Shown: positions 1 to 9,247, counted from the first letter of the stretch. The stretch: DNA of 64,000 nt from Limisphaerales bacterium (GCA_965658675.1 CBFHTT010000037.1:16425-80424), one strand, 5' to 3'. Translations and numbers: made by a program. The notes: generated from the sequence alone by a model not told the origin.

Positions 1-1
1 C

Positions 2-793
2 AAGGAAGTGGCGGTTGAGTTCAAGTTGGGCAGGAAGACGGTTCGGATCGGTGGCATCTGTAAAGGTGCCGGAATGATTGAGCCGGGCATGAGTCCCAGT
101 GGTCAACGGCCGGCAACGAGGCCTTTGCATGCGACGATGCTTTGTTTCATCACCACAGATGCGGCCGTCAGTAAGGCGTTGCTTCAGAAGTCGCTCAAGC
201 AGGCGGTGGCTCTGAGTTTTAATCGGATCTCGGTGGATGGCGACATGAGCACCAATGACTCGGTGATCGTGTTGGCCAATGGTGAATCTGGGGCTGCACC
301 GGTCAAGAAGGCGGACTCCAAGGACTTTGAAAAATTTCAGGAAGCGCTCAATCACGTCTGTCTGCAGTTGGCGCTCAAGATCGTGGCTGATGGCGAGGGC
401 GTCACCAGGCGGGTCAACGTGCGGTTGAATGGCGGACGGACCATGAGGGAGGCGGATTTGGCAGCGCGGTCTGTGGCGAACAGTGAATTGGTCAAGACGA
501 GCTGGTATGGCGGCGACCCCAACTGGGGACGGATCATGGATGCACTGGGCTACAGCCCGGCCAAGATCATCGAAGAGCAGGTGGACATTGGCTATTCCTT
601 GCCGGGGAGCAAGAAGGTCCTTTACGCATTGAAGCAGGGCCGGCCTACCAAGACGTCGCTGGATACATTGCGCAAGGTCAGTGCGGGTGAGGAATTTGAC
701 CTGCATATCAATCTCAACATCGGGGAAGGCGAGGCGATCATTTACACCTGCGACCTATCCGAAGAATACGTGGACTTCAACAAGGGCGAATAG
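2..793 (+). CDS. argJ: Ornithine acetyltransferase / N-acetylglutamate synthase ArgJ (5'-truncated by window edge)
   Basis: Motifs KGAGMI..., ATML autocleavage site, SFNRISVDGDMSTND, ADGEG, GGDPNWGRI, TCDLSEEYV; first gene of arg cluster. Confidence 0.95.
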   Translation, partial: KEVAVEFKLGRKTVRIGGICKGAGMIEPGMSPSGQRPATRPLHATMLCFITTDAAVSKALLQKSLKQAVALSFNRISVDGDMSTNDSVIVLANGESGAAPVKKADSKDFEKFQEALNHVCLQLALKIVADGEGVTRRVNVRLNGGRTMREADLAARSVANSELVKTSWYGGDPNWGRIMDALGYSPAKIIEEQVDIGYSLPGSKKVLYALKQGRPTKTSLDTLRKVSAGEEFDLHINLNIGEGEAIIYTCDLSEEYVDFNKGE

Positions 794-796
794 ATC

Positions 797-1675
797 ATGA
801 TGGACAAAGCCATTTCAAAGGCAGCAGTTCTGCTGGAAGCACTGCCCTACATCCAACGTTTCCGGGCGCAGACCTTTGTCGTCAAATACGGAGGCAGCTT
901 CATGGACAGTAATGATCCAGAGATTCGGTCTGGTGTGGCGCGGGATGTGGTCTTTCTCGAATCGGTGGGAATCAATCCAGTGGTGGTGCACGGTGGTGGT
1001 AAGGCGATCACGCGGAATCTGGATGCAGCCGGGCTCAAAGGTGAGTTCATCAGAGGAATGCGCGTCACAGACAAGGCTGCTGTAGAAGTCGTGGAACGGA
1101 CCCTTTCGCAGGAGATCAATCCGGAAGTCGTGCAGACTGTGGAGAGACTCGGCGGAAAGGCAAAGGGCTTCAGTGGCACAGATATTTTTACCTGCAAGAA
1201 GCTGGAGGTGATCACACCCGATGGTGAAAAGCCTGATCTGGGATTTGTCGGCGAAGTCATCCATGTGAACACCGCCCCGTTGCTGGAGTGCATTGAGCAG
1301 GGAATCACACCCATCATCAGCCCCACCGCACGCGACGAATCTGGACAGATCTTCAACTGCAATGCAGACGTGGCTGCCGCTCAGGCATCCATTGCCCTCG
1401 AGGCGCGGAGATTGGTCTTCATGAGCGATGTCCCCGGACTGATGCGGGATCCAAGCGATGTGGAGACCGTTATTCCTCATCTGCAGACCAGCGAGGTCGA
1501 GGAACTGAAACATGAGGGCGTCATCGACAAGGGCATGATCCCCAAGGTCGACGGTGCAGTGAAGGCATTGCACGCAGGCGTGGAGAAAGTCTCTCTCGTC
1601 GACGGGCGGGTTAGTCACTCCGTCCTATTGGAAATTTTCACCCACAAAGGCGTGGGCACAGAAGTAGTTTTATGA
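797..1675 (+). CDS. argB: Acetylglutamate kinase
   Basis: LEALPYI, VVKYGGS, VVHGGG, GMRVTD, NCNADVAA, GMIPKV motifs. Confidence 0.96.
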   Translation: MMDKAISKAAVLLEALPYIQRFRAQTFVVKYGGSFMDSNDPEIRSGVARDVVFLESVGINPVVVHGGGKAITRNLDAAGLKGEFIRGMRVTDKAAVEVVERTLSQEINPEVVQTVERLGGKAKGFSGTDIFTCKKLEVITPDGEKPDLGFVGEVIHVNTAPLLECIEQGITPIISPTARDESGQIFNCNADVAAAQASIALEARRLVFMSDVPGLMRDPSDVETVIPHLQTSEVEELKHEGVIDKGMIPKVDGAVKALHAGVEKVSLVDGRVSHSVLLEIFTHKGVGTEVVL

Positions 1676-2952
1676 GCGCCGTTGATACATCAACAACCGA
1701 GGCGGCCTCCAACGCAGAGGCCATTACATCCCTATACGAGCAGTTCGTGGTTCCTACCTACGGACGCTTCCCACTTTGTATTGAGCGCGGTGAAGGTTCC
1801 CGCCTCTGGGATGTGGATGGACGACGCTATCTCGACTTCGGTGGTGGTATCGCCGTGACATCACTGGGGCACTCGCACCCGGAACTTGCAGACACATTGG
1901 CCACGCAGGCGCAGAAGCTCTGGCATTGCTCCAACCTCTATTACACAGAGGATCAAGGGAAGCTTGCCGAGAAGATCGTCAGTCACGTGGCCCCGGGAAA
2001 AGTCTTCTTCAACAACAGCGGAGCCGAGGCCAATGAGGCCTTGATCAAGCTCGCTCGGAAGGCAGGAAACGCAGAAGGGCGCTTTGAGATCATCACGGCT
2101 ACCAACTCCTTTCACGGAAGGACCATGGCAGGCATTGCCGCCACAGGGCAGGACAAGGTCAAAGAAGGCTTCAGTCCCATGCTCCCAGGCTTCAGTCATG
2201 TGCCGTTCAATGATCTGGAAGCCATGGCAGGAGCCGTGACACCAGCCACCATTGCCATTCTGATCGAGGGAGTGCAGGGCGAGGGCGGAATCAATCCCGC
2301 CACGTCGGAATATCTCCTCGGCCTCAGAAAGCTTTGTGATGAGAAAGGTCTTCTCCTGCTCATGGATGGCGTCCAATGCGGATTCTTCCGGACCGGCAAC
2401 TTCCAAAGCTTCCAGTCCATTCTGTCAGGGCAGGGCGATCAATCATTCCTGCCAGATGGGATCTCTATGGCCAAGAGCCTTGGTGGAGGCTTCCCCATGG
2501 GCTGCACCTGGATCAGTGAGAAGTATCAGGACCTGCTCGGTCCCGGAACTCACGGAACGACCTTTGGCGGCACGCCATTGGCATGCGCCGTCGCTCTCAA
2601 GATCTTTGAGATCATTGAACGTGATGACGTTGCTGCAAACGCCGCCAAGGTGGGCCAACATCTCATCGATGGACTCCTATCGCTCCAATCCAAATACCCG
2701 CAACTCATCAAGACCGTCAGAGGGATGGGAATGATGATCGGGACGCAGCTGCAGGCGGATATTCCCTTGCTCAAGGATAGCGGACGTCCTGCATCCATTG
2801 CCATGGTGCTCAAGCTCCATGAAGCCGGACTCATCACCATTCCAAGCGGACCAGCAACCGTAAGGTTCCTACCCGCACTCAACCTGACCATGGGCGAGGC
2901 CGATGAAGGTCTCTCCATTTTCGAAAACACTCTCAAAACTCTTCTGTCATGA
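1672..2952 (+). CDS. argD: Acetylornithine aminotransferase (class III PLP)
   Basis: YLDFGGGIAV, NSGAEANE, SFHGRT, QGEGG, AKSLGGG, HGTTFGG; ATGA overlap with argB. Confidence 0.94.
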   Translation: MSAVDTSTTEAASNAEAITSLYEQFVVPTYGRFPLCIERGEGSRLWDVDGRRYLDFGGGIAVTSLGHSHPELADTLATQAQKLWHCSNLYYTEDQGKLAEKIVSHVAPGKVFFNNSGAEANEALIKLARKAGNAEGRFEIITATNSFHGRTMAGIAATGQDKVKEGFSPMLPGFSHVPFNDLEAMAGAVTPATIAILIEGVQGEGGINPATSEYLLGLRKLCDEKGLLLLMDGVQCGFFRTGNFQSFQSILSGQGDQSFLPDGISMAKSLGGGFPMGCTWISEKYQDLLGPGTHGTTFGGTPLACAVALKIFEIIERDDVAANAAKVGQHLIDGLLSLQSKYPQLIKTVRGMGMMIGTQLQADIPLLKDSGRPASIAMVLKLHEAGLITIPSGPATVRFLPALNLTMGEADEGLSIFENTLKTLLS

Positions 2953-3845
2953 AACACCTCCTCAGCCTTGAAGACGTGGATCAGGCCGCATTCGATGCCA
3001 TCATGGCGTCCACTGCGGCACTGAAGGCCGAACGGCCGAATCACCAGGAAAAGCCACTGCAGGATCAGACATGGGCTCTGATCTTCTCCAAGTCATCCAC
3101 ACGGACCCGAGTCTCCTTTGAGACCGGTGTCAGTGAACTTGGCGGACGCCCCATGTTCCTCAGTTCACGGGACATTCAGCTCGGACGTGGTGAACCCATC
3201 AAAGACACCGCACGCGTGCTTGGTCGAATGGTTCATGGAGCCATTATCAGGACCTATGCTCAGAGCGACATTGAAGAGTTTGCCGAATACTCCGGCATTC
3301 CCACCATCAATGCCCTCACAGACTTCGGTCACCCGTGTCAGATCCTGACCGATATTTTTACCTATCAGGAAGCACGCGGAAGCATCGCTGGCAAGACCGT
3401 CACCTTCATCGGTGATGCCGCCTGCAACGTCTGCAACTCATGGGGAATTGCTGCAGGACGGTATGGCTTCAAACTACGTCTTGCCGCCCCTGAAAAATAC
3501 CAACCTGGTGCCGACATCCTCGAGAAGGGCAATGGCAACGTCAGCGTGCACACGGACGTCAAAGAAGCAGCTGAAGGATCAGACCTCCTCTACACAGATG
3601 TCTGGGTTTCCATGGGTAAGGAAGAAGAAGCAGCAGAACGCATTGCCGACCTCTCCGGATATCAGATCAACAAGGACATCGTCTCCCTTGCGTCACCCGA
3701 AGCACTGGTGATGCATTGCCTGCCTGCCTATCGTGGTAAAGAGATCGATGAAGAAACCCTTGAGGCCCATGCTGATACGATTTTCACTGAAGCAGAGAAT
3801 CGACTGCACACACAGAAAGCGATCATGAATTGGATCGTTTCCTGA
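2949..3845 (+). CDS. argF: Ornithine carbamoyltransferase
   Basis: SSTRTRVSF, HPCQ, DVWVSMG, HCLP, EAENRLH; ATGA overlap with argD. Confidence 0.96.
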   Translation: MKHLLSLEDVDQAAFDAIMASTAALKAERPNHQEKPLQDQTWALIFSKSSTRTRVSFETGVSELGGRPMFLSSRDIQLGRGEPIKDTARVLGRMVHGAIIRTYAQSDIEEFAEYSGIPTINALTDFGHPCQILTDIFTYQEARGSIAGKTVTFIGDAACNVCNSWGIAAGRYGFKLRLAAPEKYQPGADILEKGNGNVSVHTDVKEAAEGSDLLYTDVWVSMGKEEEAAERIADLSGYQINKDIVSLASPEALVMHCLPAYRGKEIDEETLEAHADTIFTEAENRLHTQKAIMNWIVS

Positions 3846-3939
3846 GCTCGAAAAGAGCCCAAAAGCGCGTAAAAACAGGCACGTGAAAAGCCCGGAAAAC
3901 AGGTCATCAAAAAGAATGAAAAAAAGTTTCGATTCTCTG

Positions 3940-3969
3940 TTGACCCTTGGGGCTAACTTCCCCTACTTT
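3940..3969 (+). promoter_or_regulatory. Sigma70-type promoter of tRNA-Asp
   Basis: TTGACC (3940-3945), 18 bp, TACTTT (3964-3969); A-rich upstream tract and GC-rich discriminator before the tRNA. Confidence 0.6.
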
Positions 3970-3985
3970 ACGCGCTCCCCGTTGC

Positions 3986-4062
3986 GGGGGCGTAGCTCAA
4001 TTGGTTAGAGCGCTGCCCTGTCACGGCAGAGGTTGCGGGTTCGAGTCCCGTCGCTCCCGCCA
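3986..4062 (+). tRNA. tRNA-Asp (GTC)
   Basis: Cloverleaf: acceptor GGGGGCG/CGCTCCC, anticodon arm CTGCC-CTGTCAC-GGCAG, T-loop GGTTCGAGTCC, encoded CCA. Confidence 0.97.
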
Positions 4063-4093
4063 TTTTTCTTCACCGAAAAATGGCGGTTTTTTT
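4058..4093 (+). terminator. Intrinsic terminator overlapping tRNA-Asp 3' end
   Basis: CGCCATTTTTC-ttcacc-GAAAAATGGCG followed by GTTTTTTT. Confidence 0.75.
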
Positions 4094-4166
4094 GTGCCCA
4101 CCCAAGGCTGGTTTCCCTCTTATCTCTGAGTGTGGTGATTTGAATTCAACCACTTCCAACAACGAT

Positions 4167-4636
4167 CTATTCCTCGCCAGCTGCCTTGAACCACTTCTGG
4201 ATGCGGACGTAGTTACGGGCGGGTTGGTGATAGTTCAGTTTTGATTTAATCTCGTTGCGGTAGCCGAAGTCGCGGGATGAGAGTTCGTTCAATGCACCGT
4301 TCACCCTAACGAAGGGCATTGATGGAACTTTCCACGTGGTGGACCGCTCCCCATTGAGAGGACAGATGAAGCAGCCGGTGGTTCCAATCTCAGTGGCAAT
4401 CTCAAGGTACTGGCCATCGTTGACGAAACGCTTCTCGGGGTCACTCCCATGCTCTTAAGCTCATCGACGTATTCTTTTTGGGATTCCAGATTGTTCATAC
4501 TGTTGGGGGAGTGGTCGAGCCCGGCAGCAAAGTAGATGGCGACATTGTTGGCGGGAGAAACCGCCTTGGCTGGTTTGTGGAACGCGATTGCTCCACATGA
4601 AAGCAGAGCGAAGAGAATAATTTTTTTGAAGTTCAT
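4167..4636 (-). pseudogene. Frameshifted gene for a secreted hypothetical protein (156 aa if repaired)
   Basis: Signal-peptide-like MNFKKIILFALLSCGAIA...AKA; adding one G near 4442 (GTG GAC) continues an open frame ...MGVDPEKRFVNDGQYLEIA... to TAG at 4167-4169. Confidence 0.65.
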
Positions 4637-4728
4637 ATTGAACAGCGGGTTTCTGTGGCGACTCAGTGTCTAGGCTCAAGAGGGTAAGCAAGCAAGGTTC
4701 AATATCAGTCTAACACCTGTCACCATCT

Positions 4729-5015
4729 ACGATTTATCGTGTTTTGCAGTGCAGGGAATACAGCTACCCGAAGTGGAACGAATCTCTCCACCGCCTTGGC
4801 GGGGCAGGCACTGAGTCACGGAGATTCACAGAGATAGGAGTAGCGCAGTTCCCAAGTTGGAGTTCACGATTTATCGTGCTTTGCAGGGCAGGGAATACTG
4901 CAACCTGAAGTGGAACGAATCTCTCCACCGCCTTGGCGGGGCAGGCACTGAGTCACGGAGTTTCACAGAGATAGGAGTAGCGCAGATCCCAGGTTGGAGT
5001 TCACGATTTATCGTG
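4729..5015. repeat. Two tandem 137-bp repeat units plus start of a third
   Basis: ACGATTTATCGTG recurs at 4729, 4866, 5003 (period 137); units nearly identical. Confidence 0.95.
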
Positions 5016-5093
5016 CTACCTCTGCGTGTTGAACACTCCAAGTCGTAGTGAAGGGAAACCCACTCCTGCGACGCGTCCCTATCTCACACATTT

Positions 5094-5196
5094 TCAATTG
5101 CCTGCCAGCTCGTTCTCGGAAATGCGTCGTTGGACATTGCGGAGTACGGTTTCTTAGAATTGTTCGTCTGATATGGAAGCTGCCCATTCGAGAGCC
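5094..5196 (-). pseudogene. Duplicated 3' fragment of the 6330..7601 gene with a nonsense change
   Basis: Aligns to 6330-6432 at offset 1236; AAA->TAA at 5154-5156. Confidence 0.9.
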
Positions 5197-5357
5197 TCAA
5201 CTGATCGGGGCTGCCATGTAAACAACGTCTCAGTCGATCACTCCATCGATCTATACCAAACTTGACACCAACTCAAAGCCTGTGGCAATGGTGCCGGGAG
5301 CAGATTGTATCACCCTTCAATTTGGGCACTCCGAAATAACTTTCTAAGGACTTAATT

Positions 5358-6011
5358 TTGAATATCTACAAGATCTATGGTGCGATCTCACCCATATTCC
5401 GCAGGAAGAGGTTCGAAGCGTTCAAAGCGCGAATTGCGCCTAAAATCGCAGATTCTCTTCTCGATGTCGGTGGTGAACCAAGTTCTTGGACTGCGTATCA
5501 ACCAGTTGTAGGGCGCATAGTGATGCTCAACGTTTATCCCCTAGAGCTTGAGAAGCAGCAGCAGGACAGTCATTCGCTGGAAGCGATCGAGGGTGATGGT
5601 TGTCATCTCCCATACAAGGAGAACGAATTCGATATTGTCTTTTCCAACAGCGTCATCGAACACGTAGGAACATGGGAAAATCAGGTTAGATTTGCCGCTG
5701 AGGTACGAAGGGTAGGTGAAAAGCTTTGGATTCAGACGCCGGCCAGGGAATTCGTCATCGAGCCCCACTACATTGCGCCATTCATTCACTGGTTTCCGCG
5801 GCGGTGGCAGAAGAAGCTGGTTCGTTGGTTTACGGTTCGGGGATGGACGGAAAGAATGAATCAGGACCAGGTGAACGCGATGGTAGAGGAGATCCGCTTG
5901 ATTGGTTTTAAGGAGATGAAGGAGCTGTTTCCGGATTGTGAGATTATAAGAGAGCGGTTTCTCGGGGTGTTTACCAAGAGTTATATTGCAGTCAGGCATA
6001 GCTGCGAATAG
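5358..6011 (+). CDS. Class I SAM-dependent methyltransferase (type 11-like)
   Basis: LLDVGG, EGDGCHLPY, FDIVFSNSVIEHVG, QTP...IEPHY; TTG start; TTGACA at 5262 upstream. Confidence 0.85.
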   Translation: MNIYKIYGAISPIFRRKRFEAFKARIAPKIADSLLDVGGEPSSWTAYQPVVGRIVMLNVYPLELEKQQQDSHSLEAIEGDGCHLPYKENEFDIVFSNSVIEHVGTWENQVRFAAEVRRVGEKLWIQTPAREFVIEPHYIAPFIHWFPRRWQKKLVRWFTVRGWTERMNQDQVNAMVEEIRLIGFKEMKELFPDCEIIRERFLGVFTKSYIAVRHSCE

Positions 6012-6432
6012 GGCAGGCAGCTACCCGAAGTGGAACGAATCTCTCACAGTGCCACGGAGTTTCACAGAGCTAGGCTTAGTGCAGATCCCAAGTTGGAGTT
6101 CACGATTCATCGTGCTTTGTAGGGCAGGGAATACAGCTACCCGAAGCGGAACGAATCTCTCCACCGCCTTGGCGGGGCAGGCACTGAGTCACGGAGTTTC
6201 GCAGAGATAGGAGTAGCGCAGTTCCCAAGTTGGAGTTCGCGATTTATCGTGCCACCTCTGCATGTTGAACACTCCAAGTCGTAGTGAAGGGAAGCCCATC
6301 CCTGCGACGCGTCCCTATCTCACACGTTTTCAATTACCCGCCAGCTCATTCTCGGAAATGCGTCGTTGGACATTGCGGAGTACGGTTTCTTTGAATTGTT
6401 CGTCTGATATGGAAGCTGCCCATTCGAGAGCC
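6010..6432. repeat. Second copy of the repeat block (partial unit + 137-bp unit + tail), direct repeat of about 4748-5196
   Basis: 6102-6432 aligns ungapped to 4866-5196 with about 20 mismatches in 331 bp (manual count); 6010-6101 is a unit lacking the 21-bp insert. Confidence 0.93.
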
Positions 6433-7601
6433 ACATCTGGAGCGGATCCCACGAGACCGTGTGCGAAACCATTGATCGCAAAGTCTCTGTCTATACCGCT
6501 TGGCATGCCGGTGAGATGCTCGACAACCAGATCAAGAGCGATTCCGCCTGCGCCTGATCCCAATTGTCCAAATGCGGCTGATATGGCCGTGCCTCGGCTT
6601 TTCTGGCTTTCCAGCGACATTGCTACCTCCAATGCCTCAAATGGATTGGCGCTGAATGCACCTGTTTCGATGATTCGTTGTATCGCGGCGCTCTGAACAT
6701 TCGGATCTTCGATCTGATTGAACCATTGTGCCAGAGATTCAGGATCGTGATTCTTTACCAGCTCTTCAGTCAGTTCCCGCATCATGGCTTCTCCTTTCAA
6801 AGGGTCTTCATTCATCATGAACTCCACCAACTCAATGGCCTTCTCTTCAAAGGCAGCAAAGGCTGCAGGATCATTTGCGTCGGTTGATGTTTTCAGAGAC
6901 TCGAGCATGCCCTCCGACAAGGTGTCCAAGAATCCATGTTCATCCAGATTTGCCGCGGCGAGATAATCCTGAATGCCCTGATCTCCGTAGACATCGAGTT
7001 GTCGTAACCACGCAGACGCAGCTGAGGAATCCATTTGAGCCCAGCCCTTCATGGCGAGGGCCGCGTTACGATCGGAAAGCTGCATCAACTGATCCATCAT
7101 GCCCTGACCACCAAGCTTACCCAGTTTCTCATAGAATCTGGATTGATCTGCTCTTGAAAGCTTCACGCCCTTCAGTGCCTTGAGTGCTGTAAGCGAATTT
7201 GCCTGAGTCACCGAACTAAGGAATTCATTAAAAGCCTCCTTGTCGCCGTCTGCGTGGCGTTGGAGGAGATCGCTCCAATACAACTGCTGAGCCTCCTGCT
7301 CCTCTTTGCGTTTGTTTGCCTGTGCCCTTGCTTCAAAACGCGCCTTCTGTTCGCGGCTAGCATCGAAGTTTGGTGTGGAACTGTTGGACTCGACGATTTC
7401 AGGAGAGCTGCTATCGACGCTTGTTGATGCACGTTCCGTCTTTGCGACTGTTGATTCAGCAGATTCCTCAGAGCCCGTTCTACTCGCTGGTTTAAAGAAG
7501 GCCGCAATCCCAAGTGTTAAGGCACAGCCAATTACCAAGAGAGCCAGCAAGGGGGCATTCCCTCTGGGGCTGTCGTTGGTCTTGTCTTTGGAGCGGTTCA
7601 T
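6330..7601 (-). CDS. Hypothetical membrane-anchored helical-repeat protein (verrucomicrobial type)
   Basis: Likely start MNRSKD; N-terminal TM segment LLALLVIGCALTLGIAAFF, Ser/Thr-rich linker, repeated W..D..AA..W helical motifs. Confidence 0.75.
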   Translation of the reverse strand: MNRSKDKTNDSPRGNAPLLALLVIGCALTLGIAAFFKPASRTGSEESAESTVAKTERASTSVDSSSPEIVESNSSTPNFDASREQKARFEARAQANKRKEEQEAQQLYWSDLLQRHADGDKEAFNEFLSSVTQANSLTALKALKGVKLSRADQSRFYEKLGKLGGQGMMDQLMQLSDRNAALAMKGWAQMDSSAASAWLRQLDVYGDQGIQDYLAAANLDEHGFLDTLSEGMLESLKTSTDANDPAAFAAFEEKAIELVEFMMNEDPLKGEAMMRELTEELVKNHDPESLAQWFNQIEDPNVQSAAIQRIIETGAFSANPFEALEVAMSLESQKSRGTAISAAFGQLGSGAGGIALDLVVEHLTGMPSGIDRDFAINGFAHGLVGSAPDVALEWAASISDEQFKETVLRNVQRRISENELAGN

Positions 7602-7682
7602 CAGGTCACTGTCTAATAGTAAGCAAGTTGGTTGGAGAACAAGCCCATGGTCAAGGTGATTGTGGGGTAGAAAAGGTCCTCT

Positions 7683-7733
7683 CCACCGCCTTGGCGGGGC
7701 AGGCACAGAGCCACTGAGTGACACGGAGAAAGC
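7683..7733. repeat. 21-bp element CCACCGCCTTGGCGGGGCAGG nested in a CACNGAG-periodic repeat
   Basis: Identical 21-mer at 4788, 4925, 6161, 7683; followed by CACAGAGCCACTGAGTGACACGGAG. Confidence 0.9.
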
Positions 7734-7810
7734 AGTGTTATCCCACCAAAGAAAAGAGGATCGCATTACCGTTGTCCTGCCCCCGGTTGCTATCTAGATT
7801 GGGGATCGCA

Positions 7811-9082
7811 ATGCCATTTTCTACTTTAGGTCTATCCGATGTTTTGGTTAACGCAGTCAGTCTTTACGACGTTCCCACGGCCGTGCAGACCGCTGTCATC
7901 CCGGAAGTTCTAAAGGGTGGCGATGTCTTGGCTACAGCTCAGACGGGATCCGGAAAAACGACGTCGTTTGTGTTGCCTCTTCTGCAACGCTGGCTGGCAG
8001 CTCCTCGTGATAAGTCAGGAGGTATTCATACACTGATTCTCGTTCCTACTCGTGAATTGGCGGCACAAGTCAGGGAGGTGGTGGCGCAGTTTGCTCAGAG
8101 CATTCCCAAGCGGATCAAGATCGTCAGTGCCGTGGGAGGTGTCTCGATCAATCCTCAAATGATGGCGTTGCGTGGTGGTGCTGATTTCGTTGTCGTTACT
8201 CCTGGTCGCTTGCTCGATCTGGTGGACAAGAACGCGGCTCAGTTGTCTCGTGTCACCGCACTGGTTCTGGACGAAGCCGATCGAATGCTGGACCTGGGGT
8301 TTGCAGATGAGTTGGATCGCATCCTTTCGCTACTGCCTGATGGACGTCAGAATCTCATGTTCTCGGCGACCTTTCCGGCTGCGATTGAATCGCTTGCCAT
8401 GGATTTGTTGAATGAGCCGAAGAGGATAGAGATCGAGCCTGATAGATCGACGGCAGCAGCAATCGAACAACGCGCCATTCGAGTCGACACCGATAAGCGT
8501 ACGCCTTTGCTTCGCCATTTGATCAATACTGAGGGGTGGGCGCGGGTATTGGTCTTTGTGGGAAAGCAATACACCGCGAACCATGTAGCAGAGAAGTTGC
8601 GCCTCAATGGTATCGATGCCGAATCATTTCATGGTGATCTGAGTCAGGGAGCGCGAAATCGGGTTATTGCTGCTCTTAAGAATTCTGAGATCCAAGTCCT
8701 GGTGGCCACTGATCTTGCGGGAAGGGGCTTGGATATCGTGGAGCTGCCGGTAGTGCTCAACTATGATCTTCCGCGCTCTGCCGTCGATTACACACACCGT
8801 ATCGGTCGCACTGGTCGAGCGGGGGAAACAGGGATCGCTATCAGCTTCGTCACTGCGGAAAACGACGCACATTTTTGCCTCATTGAAAAACGCAATCAGC
8901 TGAGAATAGATCGGGAAGAGATCGCAGGCTTCGAGCCTACGGAAGCAGTCCGCAAACCAAGTAGCGTCGGAGGGATCAAAGGCCGGCGGAAGAGCAAGAA
9001 GGATAAACTGCGAGAGGCAGCAGCCGCTGAAGCACGAAAGGCGGACTCAGCCGATAAGGAACGCTCGGCCCGCCGGCGATAG
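7811..9082 (+). CDS. DEAD-box RNA helicase (RhlE-like)
   Basis: Q-motif, AQTGSGKT, PTRELA, TPGRL, DEAD, SAT, HRIGRTGR; basic C-tail; start MPFSTLGL. Confidence 0.93.
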   Translation: MPFSTLGLSDVLVNAVSLYDVPTAVQTAVIPEVLKGGDVLATAQTGSGKTTSFVLPLLQRWLAAPRDKSGGIHTLILVPTRELAAQVREVVAQFAQSIPKRIKIVSAVGGVSINPQMMALRGGADFVVVTPGRLLDLVDKNAAQLSRVTALVLDEADRMLDLGFADELDRILSLLPDGRQNLMFSATFPAAIESLAMDLLNEPKRIEIEPDRSTAAAIEQRAIRVDTDKRTPLLRHLINTEGWARVLVFVGKQYTANHVAEKLRLNGIDAESFHGDLSQGARNRVIAALKNSEIQVLVATDLAGRGLDIVELPVVLNYDLPRSAVDYTHRIGRTGRAGETGIAISFVTAENDAHFCLIEKRNQLRIDREEIAGFEPTEAVRKPSSVGGIKGRRKSKKDKLREAAAAEARKADSADKERSARRR

Positions 9083-9247
9083 TTCGCGATCAGGTCATCA
9101 AGTAATGACTGCGCTCACTTGTCTGCGCCGTCATTGTTCGCGAAGAGATGGGAGGTTGTATCGGATCCGGAAGAAAGAAATCGCTTTAAGCAGCATTCCC
9201 TCCAAAGTCGTCGCTGCCTGATTGTCAGTGCCGCGACGAACTCCCAT

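Noticed and set aside
815..1618. Long antisense ORFs (also 11849..12910, 16955..17842, 43405..44328, 47255..48124, 56252..57016)
   Set aside because: Shadows of well-supported genes on the opposite strand, with no recognisable motifs.
3947..4129. 60-aa ORF over tRNA-Asp (likewise 49291..49506 over tRNA-Pro)
   Set aside because: Spurious translations of tRNA genes.
4857..6210. Similar short ORFs 4857..5048 and 5986..6210
   Set aside because: Similarity comes only from the DNA repeat; frames and ends differ between copies.
4729..6330. CRISPR array interpretation of the repeats
   Set aside because: Sequence between palindromes is itself repeated (no unique spacers), the period is 137 bp, and no cas genes are present.
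4729..6330. Integron cassette array (attC) around the methyltransferase
   Set aside because: No RYYYAAC…GTTRRRY pairing at unit ends, no integrase, and the repeat includes part of a neighbouring gene.
4063..7720. Integrase-type genomic island at tRNA-Asp
   Set aside because: No recombinase gene, and I saw no duplicated tRNA 3' end (att site) in the window.
7602..7810. N-terminal extensions of ORFs 6330..7766 and 7718..9082
   Set aside because: They run through a repeat-containing intergenic region; better starts are 7601 and 7811.
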